NCBI GenBank assembly: GCA_937946835.1
Contig: CALFAV010000005.1
Coordinates: forward strand, 117,234-181,233
Length of the DNA: 64,000 nucleotides
Source: an uncultured Verrucomicrobiae bacterium
GTDB taxonomy: Bacteria; Verrucomicrobiota; Verrucomicrobiia; Limisphaerales; J093
Direction: 5' to 3'
Numbering within the stretch: the first letter of the stretch is position 1; each line of letters begins with the position of its first letter. A model generated the notes under the pieces. It ran no database searches. It had not been told where the DNA came from and was given only the letters and a program-made list of their open reading frames with translations. Of this stretch, positions 46,371 through 55,622 are shown piece after piece. A program made the position numbers and the translations under genes.

Positions 46371-47402
46371 ATGAACATCGAGTGGCTTGATCTGAACACC
46401 GTCTGGTTCGTGCTGGTGGGCGTGCTGTTCACCGGCTACGCGATGCTCGACGGCTTTGATCTGGGCGTGGGCGCGCTGCACCTGTTCACCAAGACCGACG
46501 AGGAACGCCGGCTGATGCTCAACAGCATCGGTCCGGTCTGGGACGGCAACGAAGTGTGGCTGGTGACCGGGGGCGGGGCGTTGTTCGCGGCCTTTCCCGA
46601 GGTGTACGCGACGGTGTTTTCGGGGTTTTACTTTGCGTTCATTCTGCTGCTGGTGGCGCTGATTTTCCGCGCGGTGGCCATCGAGTTCCGCAGCAAGCAG
46701 CCGATGCGCTGGTGGCGGCAGATGTGGGACGTGAGCTTTGCGGCGGGCAGCGTGCTGTCGAGCTTCCTGATCGGCGTGGCAATGGGCAACATTGCCTGGG
46801 GCATTGCGCTGGACGAAAAGCACGAGTTCGCCGGGAGTTTTTTCGATCTGCTGCACCCGTACGCGCTGCTGCTGGGGGTGACCACGGTGGCGTTGTTCAT
46901 GATGCACGGGGCGATTTACGCGCTGATGAAAACCGAGGGACCGTTGCACGAAAAGCTGCGGGGCTGGATCAACCACACCATCATCTTCTTCATCATCTGC
47001 TACGCGATCACCACCATGGCCACGCTCCTGTACGTGCCGCACATGGCGGCGCGGGTACGGGCCAACCCGTGGCTCTTCAGCATCGCGCTGGTGAACATGC
47101 TCGCCATCGCCAACATCCCCCGCGAGGTGACCCGGCGGCGCGACGGGCGGGCGTTCATTTCCTCCTGCGTCGCGATGCTGGCGCTCATGACGCTCTTCGG
47201 GCTGGAGATGTATCCGCACCTGATCCTGAGCAATCCCAACCCGGAACACAGCCTGACGATTTACAACGCGGCCTCGTCTCAAAAGACCCTGGGCATCATG
47301 CTCATCATTGCACTGATCGGCGTGCCGCTGGTGCTCGCCTACACGGTGAGCATCTACTGGATTTTCCGCGGGAAGGTGCGTCTGACGCCCCTGAGCTACT
47401 GA
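46371..47402 (+). CDS. cydB: Cytochrome bd ubiquinol oxidase subunit II
   Basis: LNTVWFVLVGVLFTGYAMLDGFDLGVGAL N-terminus, about 8-9 TM helices, and the typical C-terminal YWIFRGKV. Confidence 0.95.
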   Translation: MNIEWLDLNTVWFVLVGVLFTGYAMLDGFDLGVGALHLFTKTDEERRLMLNSIGPVWDGNEVWLVTGGGALFAAFPEVYATVFSGFYFAFILLLVALIFRAVAIEFRSKQPMRWWRQMWDVSFAAGSVLSSFLIGVAMGNIAWGIALDEKHEFAGSFFDLLHPYALLLGVTTVALFMMHGAIYALMKTEGPLHEKLRGWINHTIIFFIICYAITTMATLLYVPHMAARVRANPWLFSIALVNMLAIANIPREVTRRRDGRAFISSCVAMLALMTLFGLEMYPHLILSNPNPEHSLTIYNAASSQKTLGIMLIIALIGVPLVLAYTVSIYWIFRGKVRLTPLSY

Positions 47403-47480
47403 AGCCGGCCCGCGGGGGACGGGCCTTTGAGAAAAAGGGGCCAAGCGCGCCCGAGGTGGGAAGACTTTGCGAGGAAGAAA

Positions 47481-47557
47481 TGGCGGGAGCGGCGGGGCTC
47501 GAACCCGTAACCTCTGCCGTGACAGGGCAGCGCTCTAACCAATTGAGCTACGCCCCC
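47481..47557 (-). tRNA. tRNA-Asp (GUC)
   Basis: The reverse complement GGGGGCGTAGCTCAATTGGTTAGAGCGCTGCCCTGTCACGGCAGAGGTTACGGGTTCGAGCCCCGCCGCTCCCGCCA has anticodon arm CTGCC-CTGTCAC-GGCAG, one G-U pair in the acceptor stem, and encoded CCA. Confidence 0.9.
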
Positions 47558-47599
47558 GCGGAGCACGGTCACGCTAAGCAGGGCGGCCGGCGGCGTCAA

Positions 47600-47613
47600 T
47601 GGCGAATTCGCCA
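47600..47613. repeat. 14-bp perfect palindrome TGGCGAATTCGCCA, candidate operator
   Basis: Read directly. It lies in the 116-bp region between tRNA-Asp and the oxidoreductase/GH10/GH2 cluster, 61 nt upstream of ATG 47674. Confidence 0.85.
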
Positions 47614-47673
47614 GCCCCCGACCGGTCCGGAATTTGGTGGAGCGACCGGCCGCCCGGCGTTAAAACCACGCTC

Positions 47674-48963
47674 ATGAAAGCCTGCCTTTCCCGTCGCGCC
47701 TTTCTCAAGTCCGGCGCCGCCACCGCCCTGGTCCTGCCCCAAATCCTTCCGGCCCGCCTGCGGGGCGCCGCCGCCCCGAGCAACCTCATCACCGTGGGGT
47801 TCATCGGCACCGGCGAACACGGCACCGGCTGGAACCTGCGGCGTTACCTCGAACTGCGCGAGCTGTGCCGCGTGCTCGTGGTGTGCGACGTGGACGGCGC
47901 CCGGATGCGCCGCGCCAAGGAGATCGTGGACGAGCAGTACCAAAACCGCGATTGCGCCCTGACGAAGGATTTCCGCGAGGTCCTGGCCCGGAAGGACATT
48001 GACGCCGTGATGATCTCCACGCCCGACCACTGGCACACGCTCATGAGCGTGCTGGCCGTGCGTGCCGGCAAGGACGTGCAGTGCGAAAAACCCACCCTTA
48101 GCATTGACGAGGGCAAGATCCTCATCCGCGAGGTGCGCCGCCACCACCGGGTGTTCCAGACCAGCACCGAGGACCGTTCGATCCCGGTGTACCACCGCAT
48201 GGCCGAGCTGGTCCGCAACGGCCGCATCGGCCGCGTCCAGCGCGTCGAGGTCATCCTGCCCAGACAGCCCAACGTCCCGGGCGATCCCACGCCCCAGCCG
48301 GTGCCGCCGGACCTGGACTGGGAGATGTGGCTCGGGCCGGCACCGTTTGCGCCGTACACCAGGGACCGCGTGCACTTCAACTTCCGCTGGATCGAGGACT
48401 ACTCCGGCGGGATCATCTGCGACTGGGGCACGCACCTGTTCGACACCGCCCAGTGGGCGCTGGACGTCGAGCGCAGCGGGCCGGTCGAGATCGAGGGCAC
48501 CGGCACGTTCTGGAGCGGCGGCCTGTACAACACGGTCAAGGACTACGACGTGACCTTCCGCTACGCCAACGGCGTGGTCATGACCTGCCGGCCCGGCAAC
48601 CCCAGCATCCGGTTCATCGGCACCGACGGCTGGGTGGGCAACACCGGCTGGCGGGGCGAACTGGAGGCCAGTTCGGACGCCATCAAAAACGCCCGCCTCG
48701 GCCCGGACGAAATCCGCCTCTACACCAACCCGCAGGGCGAACACCACGACTTCCTCCAGTGCGTGAAGAGCCGGAAAGACCCGTACTTCCCCGTGGACAT
48801 CGGGCACCGGGTTTCGACCGTGTGCCACCTGGCCAACATCGCCCTCAAGCTGGGCCGCAAGCTGCGCTGGGACCCGGTGAAGGAGGAATTCCTCGGCGAC
48901 GAAACGGCCAACGAGCTGCGGAAGGTCCGCCCCATGCGCCCGCCGTGGACGCTGGAGGGATAA
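47674..48963 (+). CDS. Gfo/Idh/MocA-family oxidoreductase with twin-arginine signal
   Basis: ATG 47674. Tat motif SRRAFLKSGAATAL, Rossmann VGFIGTGEHG, and the EKP motif (VQCEKPTL). Confidence 0.85.
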   Translation: MKACLSRRAFLKSGAATALVLPQILPARLRGAAAPSNLITVGFIGTGEHGTGWNLRRYLELRELCRVLVVCDVDGARMRRAKEIVDEQYQNRDCALTKDFREVLARKDIDAVMISTPDHWHTLMSVLAVRAGKDVQCEKPTLSIDEGKILIREVRRHHRVFQTSTEDRSIPVYHRMAELVRNGRIGRVQRVEVILPRQPNVPGDPTPQPVPPDLDWEMWLGPAPFAPYTRDRVHFNFRWIEDYSGGIICDWGTHLFDTAQWALDVERSGPVEIEGTGTFWSGGLYNTVKDYDVTFRYANGVVMTCRPGNPSIRFIGTDGWVGNTGWRGELEASSDAIKNARLGPDEIRLYTNPQGEHHDFLQCVKSRKDPYFPVDIGHRVSTVCHLANIALKLGRKLRWDPVKEEFLGDETANELRKVRPMRPPWTLEG

Positions 48964-49012
48964 CGCTCATCAAGCCACCGGGTGGCAAAGAGCCGGACCA
49001 AAGTCTCGAGCC

Positions 49013-50362
49013 ATGAAAAAGCTGCTGCCGTGGATGCTGGCGATCTCGGGCCTGGGAATGGATGCGGCGAGCAATTCGGTGCTGGAACGGGCCGCCCGCG
49101 GCATCGAGCAGCACCGCAAGGGCGAGGCGGTCCTGGGGTTCCGTTGGCCCGACGGCCGGCCGGCGGCGGGGCCGGCGGTGGAGGTGCGCCAGACCGCCCA
49201 TGAGTTCCGTTTCGGCAATGTCTTCCGGCCGCGGCACTACACCAACGCGCTGTACCGGGAACGGTTCAAGGAGCTGTTCAACTTTATCTCCCTGCTGGAG
49301 TTCAACTGGGGCCAGTACGAGCCGGAGGAGGGCCGGCCCCGACTCGCCGGCCGCATGGACTTCATCAACGGCTGGTGCCGGGAAAACGGCTTCACCCGCC
49401 TCTACGGCCACATGCTCGTGTGGACGCCGCAGCGGCAGGACCAGTCCGGTTCGCTGTTGCCGGCCTGGCTGTTCAACTACGAACCGGGTGAGCGCACCGC
49501 CCAACTGCGCCGCCGCATCGAGCGTGAGGTGCGTGACTACCGCGAGGTGGACATGGTCTGGGACGTGGTCAACGAGGCCATTCACTGCCGGGTTTGGGGC
49601 GCCTGGGACAAGCCCGGCTGGGTGGACGAGCCCCTCCCGGAGGTCGTGCCCTACGTGAACAACGCGCTGGCCCGGGCGCACGCGGCCAATCCCAACGCCC
49701 GCCTGCTCAGCAACGACTACCGGGTGATCCCGCGCGGGCATTACCGCGAACGTTACGTGGACCTGATTCGACGCCTTCAGCAGGCTGGCGCGCCGTTGCA
49801 CGCGGTGGGCATCCAGGCGCATGAGCCGGACCGGGGCGCGTACTGGTTTTCGCCGGAGGAAATCTGGGAGGCGTGCGAGGTCTTCGGGACGCAGACCGGC
49901 CTGCCGATTTACTTCACCGAGTTCTGGTACACTTCCGACCCCGGCCGCGCCCTCACCGGCCCGTACCGCCAGGGCAACTGGAGCCCGGAGCGGCAGGCGG
50001 AAGCCATCGAGGAGTTTTACCGCATCGCCTTCGGGCATCCGGCGGTCGAGGCCATCATTTACTTCGGCCTGGCCGACGCCGACCCGCCGGGTTATCCCAA
50101 CGTCTGTCTGCTCGACGAACAGTATCGGCCCAAGCCGGCGTGGGAGCGATTGCGCCGGTTGATCCATGAGGAATGGAGCACACGCCTGCGCGTGGCGACC
50201 GACGCCGGGGGCACGGTGCGTTTTCGCGGGTTCCACGGGCAGTACGAGGCGCGCGTCCGGGAAGCCGGGCGAAGCTGGCGTTTTACCTTTGACCTCAAAC
50301 GCGGGCAGCCGGGACGGCACGAGTTCGCGCTGGGCAACCCGGAGACCGCGCCTGTTCGTTGA
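49013..50362 (+). CDS. Glycoside hydrolase family 10-like (endo-beta-1,4-xylanase fold)
   Basis: Signal peptide, WDVVNEAIH (acid/base Glu context), GIQAHE, and PIYFTEFW (nucleophile Glu context). Confidence 0.75.
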   Translation: MKKLLPWMLAISGLGMDAASNSVLERAARGIEQHRKGEAVLGFRWPDGRPAAGPAVEVRQTAHEFRFGNVFRPRHYTNALYRERFKELFNFISLLEFNWGQYEPEEGRPRLAGRMDFINGWCRENGFTRLYGHMLVWTPQRQDQSGSLLPAWLFNYEPGERTAQLRRRIEREVRDYREVDMVWDVVNEAIHCRVWGAWDKPGWVDEPLPEVVPYVNNALARAHAANPNARLLSNDYRVIPRGHYRERYVDLIRRLQQAGAPLHAVGIQAHEPDRGAYWFSPEEIWEACEVFGTQTGLPIYFTEFWYTSDPGRALTGPYRQGNWSPERQAEAIEEFYRIAFGHPAVEAIIYFGLADADPPGYPNVCLLDEQYRPKPAWERLRRLIHEEWSTRLRVATDAGGTVRFRGFHGQYEARVREAGRSWRFTFDLKRGQPGRHEFALGNPETAPVR

Positions 50363-50400
50363 CCGGCTTTTTCGGATCGGATCCAGAATTGCACCCGGCG

Positions 50401-52254
50401 ATGAAACCGACCCGCCTCGATTTGCTCAATCGCCGCGCGCGTCCCGGACGCCAACCGGGACTGCGGGTGGCGCACAGTTGCCTGAGTGGCCTGGCCGCGC
50501 TGTTTGTGGGCGCCGCTCTGCCCGCCCTGACCTCGGTCAGCCCGCCGCGCGAGCGCATTCCGCTCGATGGCCAGTGGCAATTCCAGATGGATCACGCCGA
50601 CCTGGGCGAAAAGGACGGCTGGCATTTACCCGTGCAGGACCATACGGCCTGGGGTCGTGTGGCGGTGCCGCGCGCCTGGGACCTGTACGAAACCGCGCTC
50701 TGGGGCTACGAGGGGCTGGGTTGGTATGTGCGGGAGTTGCCCGGCGAACTGGCCCGGCCCGGCCGGGTGCAAATCCTGCGCTTCGAGCGTGTCAACTACC
50801 ACACCAAGGTCTGGCTCAACGGAGAGCTGCTCGGCGAAAACCGCGACGGTTGGATGCCCTTTGAGTTCGACGTGACCGGTCGCCTGCACCCCGACCGGAG
50901 CAATCGCCTGGTCCTGCGGGTGGACAATCGGCCGCGCCCCGAGTGGCTGCCCGGCGGCACGCGCATCGAATGGATCCAGTACGGCGGCATCCTCGGGCCG
51001 GTGACGCTGGAGAACCGGGCCGACACCCACGTGGCCGACCTGACCCTCGTGGCCCTTTCGCCCGACGTGCGTTGCTCGGTCACGATTACCAGCCGGGTTG
51101 AGCAGCCGGTGCAATTGCGTCTGCGCGTGGATGGCGTTGAGGCCGTCACGAACCTGGCCGTCCGGCCGGGTGTGCTGACGACGCTCCCGTTGATTCTGAA
51201 GTTGAACGCCCCGCGCTGGTGGTCGCCCCAAACCCCGCACCTGTACCTGCTCGAGGTGGAACTCCGGTCGGGTGACGTCGTGCTGGACCGGCTCGCCGAG
51301 CGCTTCGGGTTGCGCCGCATCGAGGTCGCCGGCCGGCAAATTCTTCTCAACGGCGAGCCCATCCATCTCCGCGGGGTCAACCGCTACGATGAGTACGCGC
51401 CCTACGGACCAACCCCACCCCGGTCACGGGTGGTGGAGGACCTGCAGGCCATGCGGCGCGCCGGGGTGAACGCCGTCCGGGTCCACTACCCGCAGTCGCC
51501 CGAACTGATCGCCCTGTACGACGAGCTGGGGTTTCTCCTGATCGAGGAGTTGCCCATCAACTGGTGGCAGTTGCATCCGCACGGGGCCGGCACGTCCGAG
51601 AACGACATCCGCGAACCCGCCCTGGCCACGCTCGAGCGCATGATCCGCCGGGATAAGAACCATCCCTGCCTGGTCATTTGGAGCATGGCCAACGAAAGCC
51701 CCACCGATACCCCGCTGGGCATCCGCACCATGCGGACGCTGATCCGCCGGACCCGCGAGCTGGACCCCACGCGCCTGGTGACCTTTGTGGCCTCGCACGG
51801 GGACCTGCGCCGACATGTGGCCTTTGCGGAAGCGGACCTGGTGGGCGCCAACGTCTATGCCGGCACCTTGCACGCGCCAATTGCCAACCGACTGGCCGAG
51901 GTCGAGGACCGCGTTTACCGCGCCACGCGGGAGTATCTCCGAGAGGCGGTCCGGGCCTTTCCGGACAAGCCGCTGGTGGTCACCGAATTCGGCACCAAGG
52001 GCGTGCGCGGGCTGCGGGGCGACGCGCTGTTTACGGAAGACCTCCAGGCCGAATGCATCCGTGCCACCTGGCGGGCCATCCGGGAAAACGCCGATGTGGC
52101 CGGTGGCATTTTGTGGTGTTGGGCGGACTACTACCACCGCCGGGACTTTATCGAGTACGCCGCCTTCGGGCCTTACGGCGTCGTCACCGTGGATCGAAAG
52201 CCCAAGCGGGCGCTGGAGACCTTGACCGAACTGTTTACCAGCGCTTCGAGGTGA
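50401..52254 (+). CDS. Glycoside hydrolase family 2 (beta-galactosidase/beta-glucuronidase-like)
   Basis: ATG 50401. Sugar-binding domain NYHTKVWLNGELLGEN..GWMPFEFDVT, TIM barrel with NHPCLVIWSMANES (acid/base) and PLVVTEFG (nucleophile). Confidence 0.85.
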   Translation: MKPTRLDLLNRRARPGRQPGLRVAHSCLSGLAALFVGAALPALTSVSPPRERIPLDGQWQFQMDHADLGEKDGWHLPVQDHTAWGRVAVPRAWDLYETALWGYEGLGWYVRELPGELARPGRVQILRFERVNYHTKVWLNGELLGENRDGWMPFEFDVTGRLHPDRSNRLVLRVDNRPRPEWLPGGTRIEWIQYGGILGPVTLENRADTHVADLTLVALSPDVRCSVTITSRVEQPVQLRLRVDGVEAVTNLAVRPGVLTTLPLILKLNAPRWWSPQTPHLYLLEVELRSGDVVLDRLAERFGLRRIEVAGRQILLNGEPIHLRGVNRYDEYAPYGPTPPRSRVVEDLQAMRRAGVNAVRVHYPQSPELIALYDELGFLLIEELPINWWQLHPHGAGTSENDIREPALATLERMIRRDKNHPCLVIWSMANESPTDTPLGIRTMRTLIRRTRELDPTRLVTFVASHGDLRRHVAFAEADLVGANVYAGTLHAPIANRLAEVEDRVYRATREYLREAVRAFPDKPLVVTEFGTKGVRGLRGDALFTEDLQAECIRATWRAIRENADVAGGILWCWADYYHRRDFIEYAAFGPYGVVTVDRKPKRALETLTELFTSASR

Positions 52255-52295
52255 GCAGAACACAGCGAACCCCGAAGCCGTACTGGGGAAAAGAT

Positions 52296-52369
52296 TGGCT
52301 GCCCGACTAGGATTTGAACCTAGACAAACAGATCCAGAGTCTGCTGTGCTACCGTTACACCATCGGGCA
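52296..52369 (-). tRNA. tRNA-Gln (CUG)
   Basis: The reverse complement TGCCCGATGGTGTAACGGTAGCACAGCAGACTCTGGATCTGTTTGTCTAGGTTCAAATCCTAGTCGGGCAGCCA is 74 nt, with anticodon loop CTCTGGA and encoded CCA. Confidence 0.9.
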
Positions 52370-52572
52370 ACCGGCGCACCGTCCACCCTAGGCCAAGCCC
52401 CCGGTCAGTCAAGCCGCCATAAACCTGCCCCGCCCCGCGACGCGCCCCACCGCGCGGCACCCCGGCCGCCGCGGCGCGGCGAGCCGGGCGCCCACCTGAG
52501 AAGGAATCCACTGCGCCCACCTCGGTTGCGCCGGAGCAGGCCGCGCGTTACGCCGGCCCCCGGTCAAACCAT

Positions 52573-52600
52573 TTGCGCCGCTCCGGCCGCCGGCTACACT
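52573..52600 (+). promoter_or_regulatory. Candidate sigma70-type promoter (TTGCGC-N16-TACACT)
   Basis: -35 at 52573-52578 and -10 at 52595-52600. The ATG of the downstream membrane-protein gene (52610) is 9 nt after the -10, suggesting a leaderless or near-leaderless mRNA. Confidence 0.3.
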
Positions 52601-52609
52601 CGCCGCACG

Positions 52610-53179
52610 ATGGCTGATGCACCTTCTTCTTCCGGAGCCGGCCTGACCTGGCTGGCCTTTGCTCTGATGACCGTGATTTGCTGGGGTGTGTACGGCGTGT
52701 TCCTGCACACCGGGCAGGTGGCCATGCAGGACCCGGTCAACGGCCGTTACAAGGCCTTCCTGTTTGTGGGCCTGGCATACTTCCTCACGGCCGTGCTGGC
52801 GCCGCTGGCCCTGTTACTGGCCAAGGGCGCGGCTTTCACCGGATACACCCCCCGAGGGATGTGGTGGTCGCTGCTGGCGGGTATCGTGGGTGCCGCGGGC
52901 GCCTTCGGCGTCCTGCTGGCCTTCGGCGCCAAAGGCACGCCCGCGGTGGTGATGTCCATCGTCTTCGCCGGCGCCCCGGTGGTGAATGCGGGGTACTCGC
53001 TGCTCCTGCACCCTCCCGCCGGGGGCTGGGGTTCGATCAAGTGGCCGTTTTACCTGGGCATTGCCCTGGCCGCACTGGGCGGATGTTTGGTGACCTACTT
53101 CAAACCCGCGCCGGCCCCGGCCAAACCCGCCGCGGTCCAGGCCGCCCCGCACACCCCGGCAGCAGCGGCCCGGTCCTGA
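52610..53179 (+). CDS. Small integral membrane protein (about 5 TM, DMT/EamA-half-like), function unknown
   Basis: ATG 52610 (MADAPSSSGAGLTWLAFALMTVICWGVYG), several hydrophobic helices and a Pro/Ala-rich tail. The upstream 105 codons of the track ORF run through tRNA-Gln and are rejected. Confidence 0.65.
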   Translation: MADAPSSSGAGLTWLAFALMTVICWGVYGVFLHTGQVAMQDPVNGRYKAFLFVGLAYFLTAVLAPLALLLAKGAAFTGYTPRGMWWSLLAGIVGAAGAFGVLLAFGAKGTPAVVMSIVFAGAPVVNAGYSLLLHPPAGGWGSIKWPFYLGIALAALGGCLVTYFKPAPAPAKPAAVQAAPHTPAAAARS

Positions 53180-53181
53180 CC

Positions 53182-54492
53182 ATGCCCGCGGCGGGCTTTC
53201 CCACCCGGGCCGCGCTCCGGGCGGCGCAACGGGAGCGGTTGCGCGCGTTGCTGGGGATGGTGCGCGCGGGCAACGCCTTTCACCGCGCCCGACTGGACCC
53301 GCTCGGCGATGCGGTCTGGCAGCCCGCCTCCCTGGAGGATTTCTGCCAACGCGTGCCGCTCACCACCAAGGCGGAACTGGTCGCCGACCAGCGCGCCCAC
53401 CCGCCCTTCGGGACCAACCTCACCCACCCGCTCGAGCACTACACGCGGTTTCACCAGACCAGCGGCACCACCGGCACACCGCTGCGCTGGCTGGACACCC
53501 CCGAAAGCTGGGAGGCGTTGGTGGCCTGCTGGACCGAGGTCTTCCACGCCGCGGACGTGGGGCGGGGCGACCGCGTGTTCTTCGCCTTTTCCTTCGGGCC
53601 GTTCATCGGGTTCTGGATGGCGTTTGAGGCCGCCGAGCGGCTGGGGTGCCTGTGCCTGCCCGGGGGGGGCCTGAACAGCGTGGCGCGACTGCGCGCCCTG
53701 CTCGACCTGCAGGCCACGGTCCTGTGCTGCACGCCCACCTACGCCCTGCACCTGGCCGAGACGGCCGCGCGGGAGGGCCTGGACCTGCGCCGCGGCGCCG
53801 TCCGCCGACTGCTGGTGGCCGGCGAACCCGGCGGCAGCGTGCCCGCCACCCGCGCGCGGCTGCAAGCCGCCTGGCCCGGCGCGCGCGTGGCCGATCACCA
53901 CGGCATGACCGAGGTCGGCCCCGTGACCTACGAGTGCCCGGCGCAGCCGGGCGTGTTGCACGTGATGGAACACGCCTTCCTGGCCGAGGTGCTGGACCCG
54001 GCCACCGGCCGGCCGGTCGCGGCGGGGCAACGCGGCGAACTGGTGCTCACCACCCTGCTTCGCTCCGGCTCGCCCCTGTTGCGCTACCGCACGGGCGACC
54101 TGGTGCAACCGCGCTTTGCCCCCGAGCAAACCGAGGTCCCGCCCTGCGCCTGTGGCCGGGTCGAGCTGGCCCTCGAAGGCGGCATCCTGGGCCGGGTGGA
54201 TGACATGGTGATCGTGCGCGGGGTGAATGTGTACCCGAGCGCGGTGGACGAGGTGGTGCGGCGGTTTCCCGACGTGGTCGAATACCAGGTGCAGGTGCGG
54301 CAATCGGCGGGGTTGGCCGAGCTGACGCTGGAGATCGAGCCGACGCCGGACTGTACCGATCCGGCCGGGCTGGCGGCGCGGGTGCAGGCGGAGCTGCAGG
54401 CGGTGTTTGCGCTGCGCGTGCCGGTCACTTTCGTGCCGCCGGGGACGCTGCCCCGCTTCGAGCTGAAAGCCCGCCGGTGGGTGAAGTTGTAA
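53182..54492 (+). CDS. Phenylacetate-CoA ligase-like adenylate-forming enzyme (PaaK / F390-synthetase family)
   Basis: ATG 53182, 2 nt after the preceding stop. Contains FHQTSGTTGTPLRW (AMP-binding P-loop-like), YGMTE-like HHGMTEVG, and LLRYRTGDL. Confidence 0.8.
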   Translation: MPAAGFPTRAALRAAQRERLRALLGMVRAGNAFHRARLDPLGDAVWQPASLEDFCQRVPLTTKAELVADQRAHPPFGTNLTHPLEHYTRFHQTSGTTGTPLRWLDTPESWEALVACWTEVFHAADVGRGDRVFFAFSFGPFIGFWMAFEAAERLGCLCLPGGGLNSVARLRALLDLQATVLCCTPTYALHLAETAAREGLDLRRGAVRRLLVAGEPGGSVPATRARLQAAWPGARVADHHGMTEVGPVTYECPAQPGVLHVMEHAFLAEVLDPATGRPVAAGQRGELVLTTLLRSGSPLLRYRTGDLVQPRFAPEQTEVPPCACGRVELALEGGILGRVDDMVIVRGVNVYPSAVDEVVRRFPDVVEYQVQVRQSAGLAELTLEIEPTPDCTDPAGLAARVQAELQAVFALRVPVTFVPPGTLPRFELKARRWVKL

Positions 54493-54887
54493 ACGCGAGG
54501 CAACCGCGGTGGGCGGGGCCAGAGTCACCGCGACGTCGCGCCGCCGCCTTGCCCGGCGAAACAGGGCTGCCGCCGGCAGGGGTGTCGCCGGTACGGCTTG
54601 TGGGTGCAAGTTCTGTCCGGGGCGAACTCCGGCAATCCCCGCCAGCCGCCGCTTGCCGCGCCCGGGGCCGGTCGTTAGGGTCCGCCCGTGGTCCGGACCG
54701 AATTCAACACCACTCCCTGCGGCGACCGCCGGCCAGGGGCCCGGCGCGGCTCGCGACAGTGGCCCCGCCGGATTGGCAAACGCCCGGACCCGGGACGGCA
54801 CAGTTTTTTGCCCCTCGCCCCAAGCTGCCGGCATGAGGGCAAGCGGCCGGGTGTTGAAAATCGCTGACCGGTAACGCAACTCACGGC

Positions 54888-55622
54888 ATGACCAGGCTCG
54901 TCATTGTCGGTGCCAGGGGTCGCATGGGCCGGATGCTGCTGGCCTGCGCGGCGCGTCAGCCCGAACTGGAAGTGGTCGGCCAGGTGGATCAGGGCGATGA
55001 CCCCGCCCCGGTGGTGCCGGCCGCGGACGTGGTGATTGATTTCAGCGCGCCCGAGGTTACGCCCGCACTCGCCGCGCTCTGCCTCCGGCACGGCAAGCCC
55101 CTGGTCATTGGGACCACCGGCCACACGGAGGCGCAAAAGGCCGAGCTGCGCGCGTGTGCGGCGCGCCTGCCCGTGGTGTGGTCGGCCAATTATTCGACCG
55201 GGGTGAACCTGTTGTTCTGGCTCACGCGGCGAGCGGCCGAAATTCTCGGGGCGGACTACGACCTCGAGATTGTGGAAATGCACCACCGGCACAAAAAGGA
55301 CGCCCCCAGCGGCACCGCCGTGCGGCTGGCGGAAATCCTGGCCGCGGCCCGCGGGGTCGCCCTCGAGGCGGCGCTGCGCCACGGCCGGCGGGGATGGGTG
55401 GGCGAACGCTCCCCCGCCGAAATCGGCCTGCACGCGATTCGGGGCGGCGACGTGGTGGGCGAGCACACGGTCATTTTTGCGGCCGCGGGCGAGCGCGTCG
55501 AACTCACCCACAAGGCCTCCAGCCGGGAAACCTTTGCCCTGGGCGCGCTCCGCGCGGCCCGCTGGGTGGTGGGCCGGCCGCCCGGCCTTTACGACATGCA
55601 GGATGTGCTGGGGCTGAAGTGA
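54888..55622 (+). CDS. dapB: 4-hydroxy-tetrahydrodipicolinate reductase
   Basis: VIVGARGRMGR NAD(P)-binding motif, IGTTG, EIVEMHHRHKKDAPSGTA, and full length. Confidence 0.95.
   Translation: MTRLVIVGARGRMGRMLLACAARQPELEVVGQVDQGDDPAPVVPAADVVIDFSAPEVTPALAALCLRHGKPLVIGTTGHTEAQKAELRACAARLPVVWSANYSTGVNLLFWLTRRAAEILGADYDLEIVEMHHRHKKDAPSGTAVRLAEILAAARGVALEAALRHGRRGWVGERSPAEIGLHAIRGGDVVGEHTVIFAAAGERVELTHKASSRETFALGALRAARWVVGRPPGLYDMQDVLGLK

Noticed and set aside
47481-52369. The oxidoreductase-GH10-GH2 cluster is bracketed by tRNA-Asp and tRNA-Gln, raising the possibility of a tRNA-targeted genomic island.
   Set aside because: There is no integrase, excisionase or mobility gene, and I saw no duplicated tRNA 3'-end (att-like) repeat by eye. 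G+C looks like the rest of the chromosome. It is most simply a native catabolic cluster.
51424-52386. 320-aa minus-strand ORF running through tRNA-Gln, and the similar ORF 22373-22864 running through the CAU tRNA.
   Set aside because: Both read through tRNA genes (giving the typical ...WCNGSTADSGS... translation) and lie antisense to GH2 and hisC. They are artefacts.
54493-54887. Lysine riboswitch or other known leader RNA upstream of dapB.
   Set aside because: I could not find any conserved core motif by eye (L-box, RNase P, SRP, tmRNA or 6S-like segments). The region is kept only as an unassigned spacer in the findings. A covariance-model scan is needed for a definitive answer.
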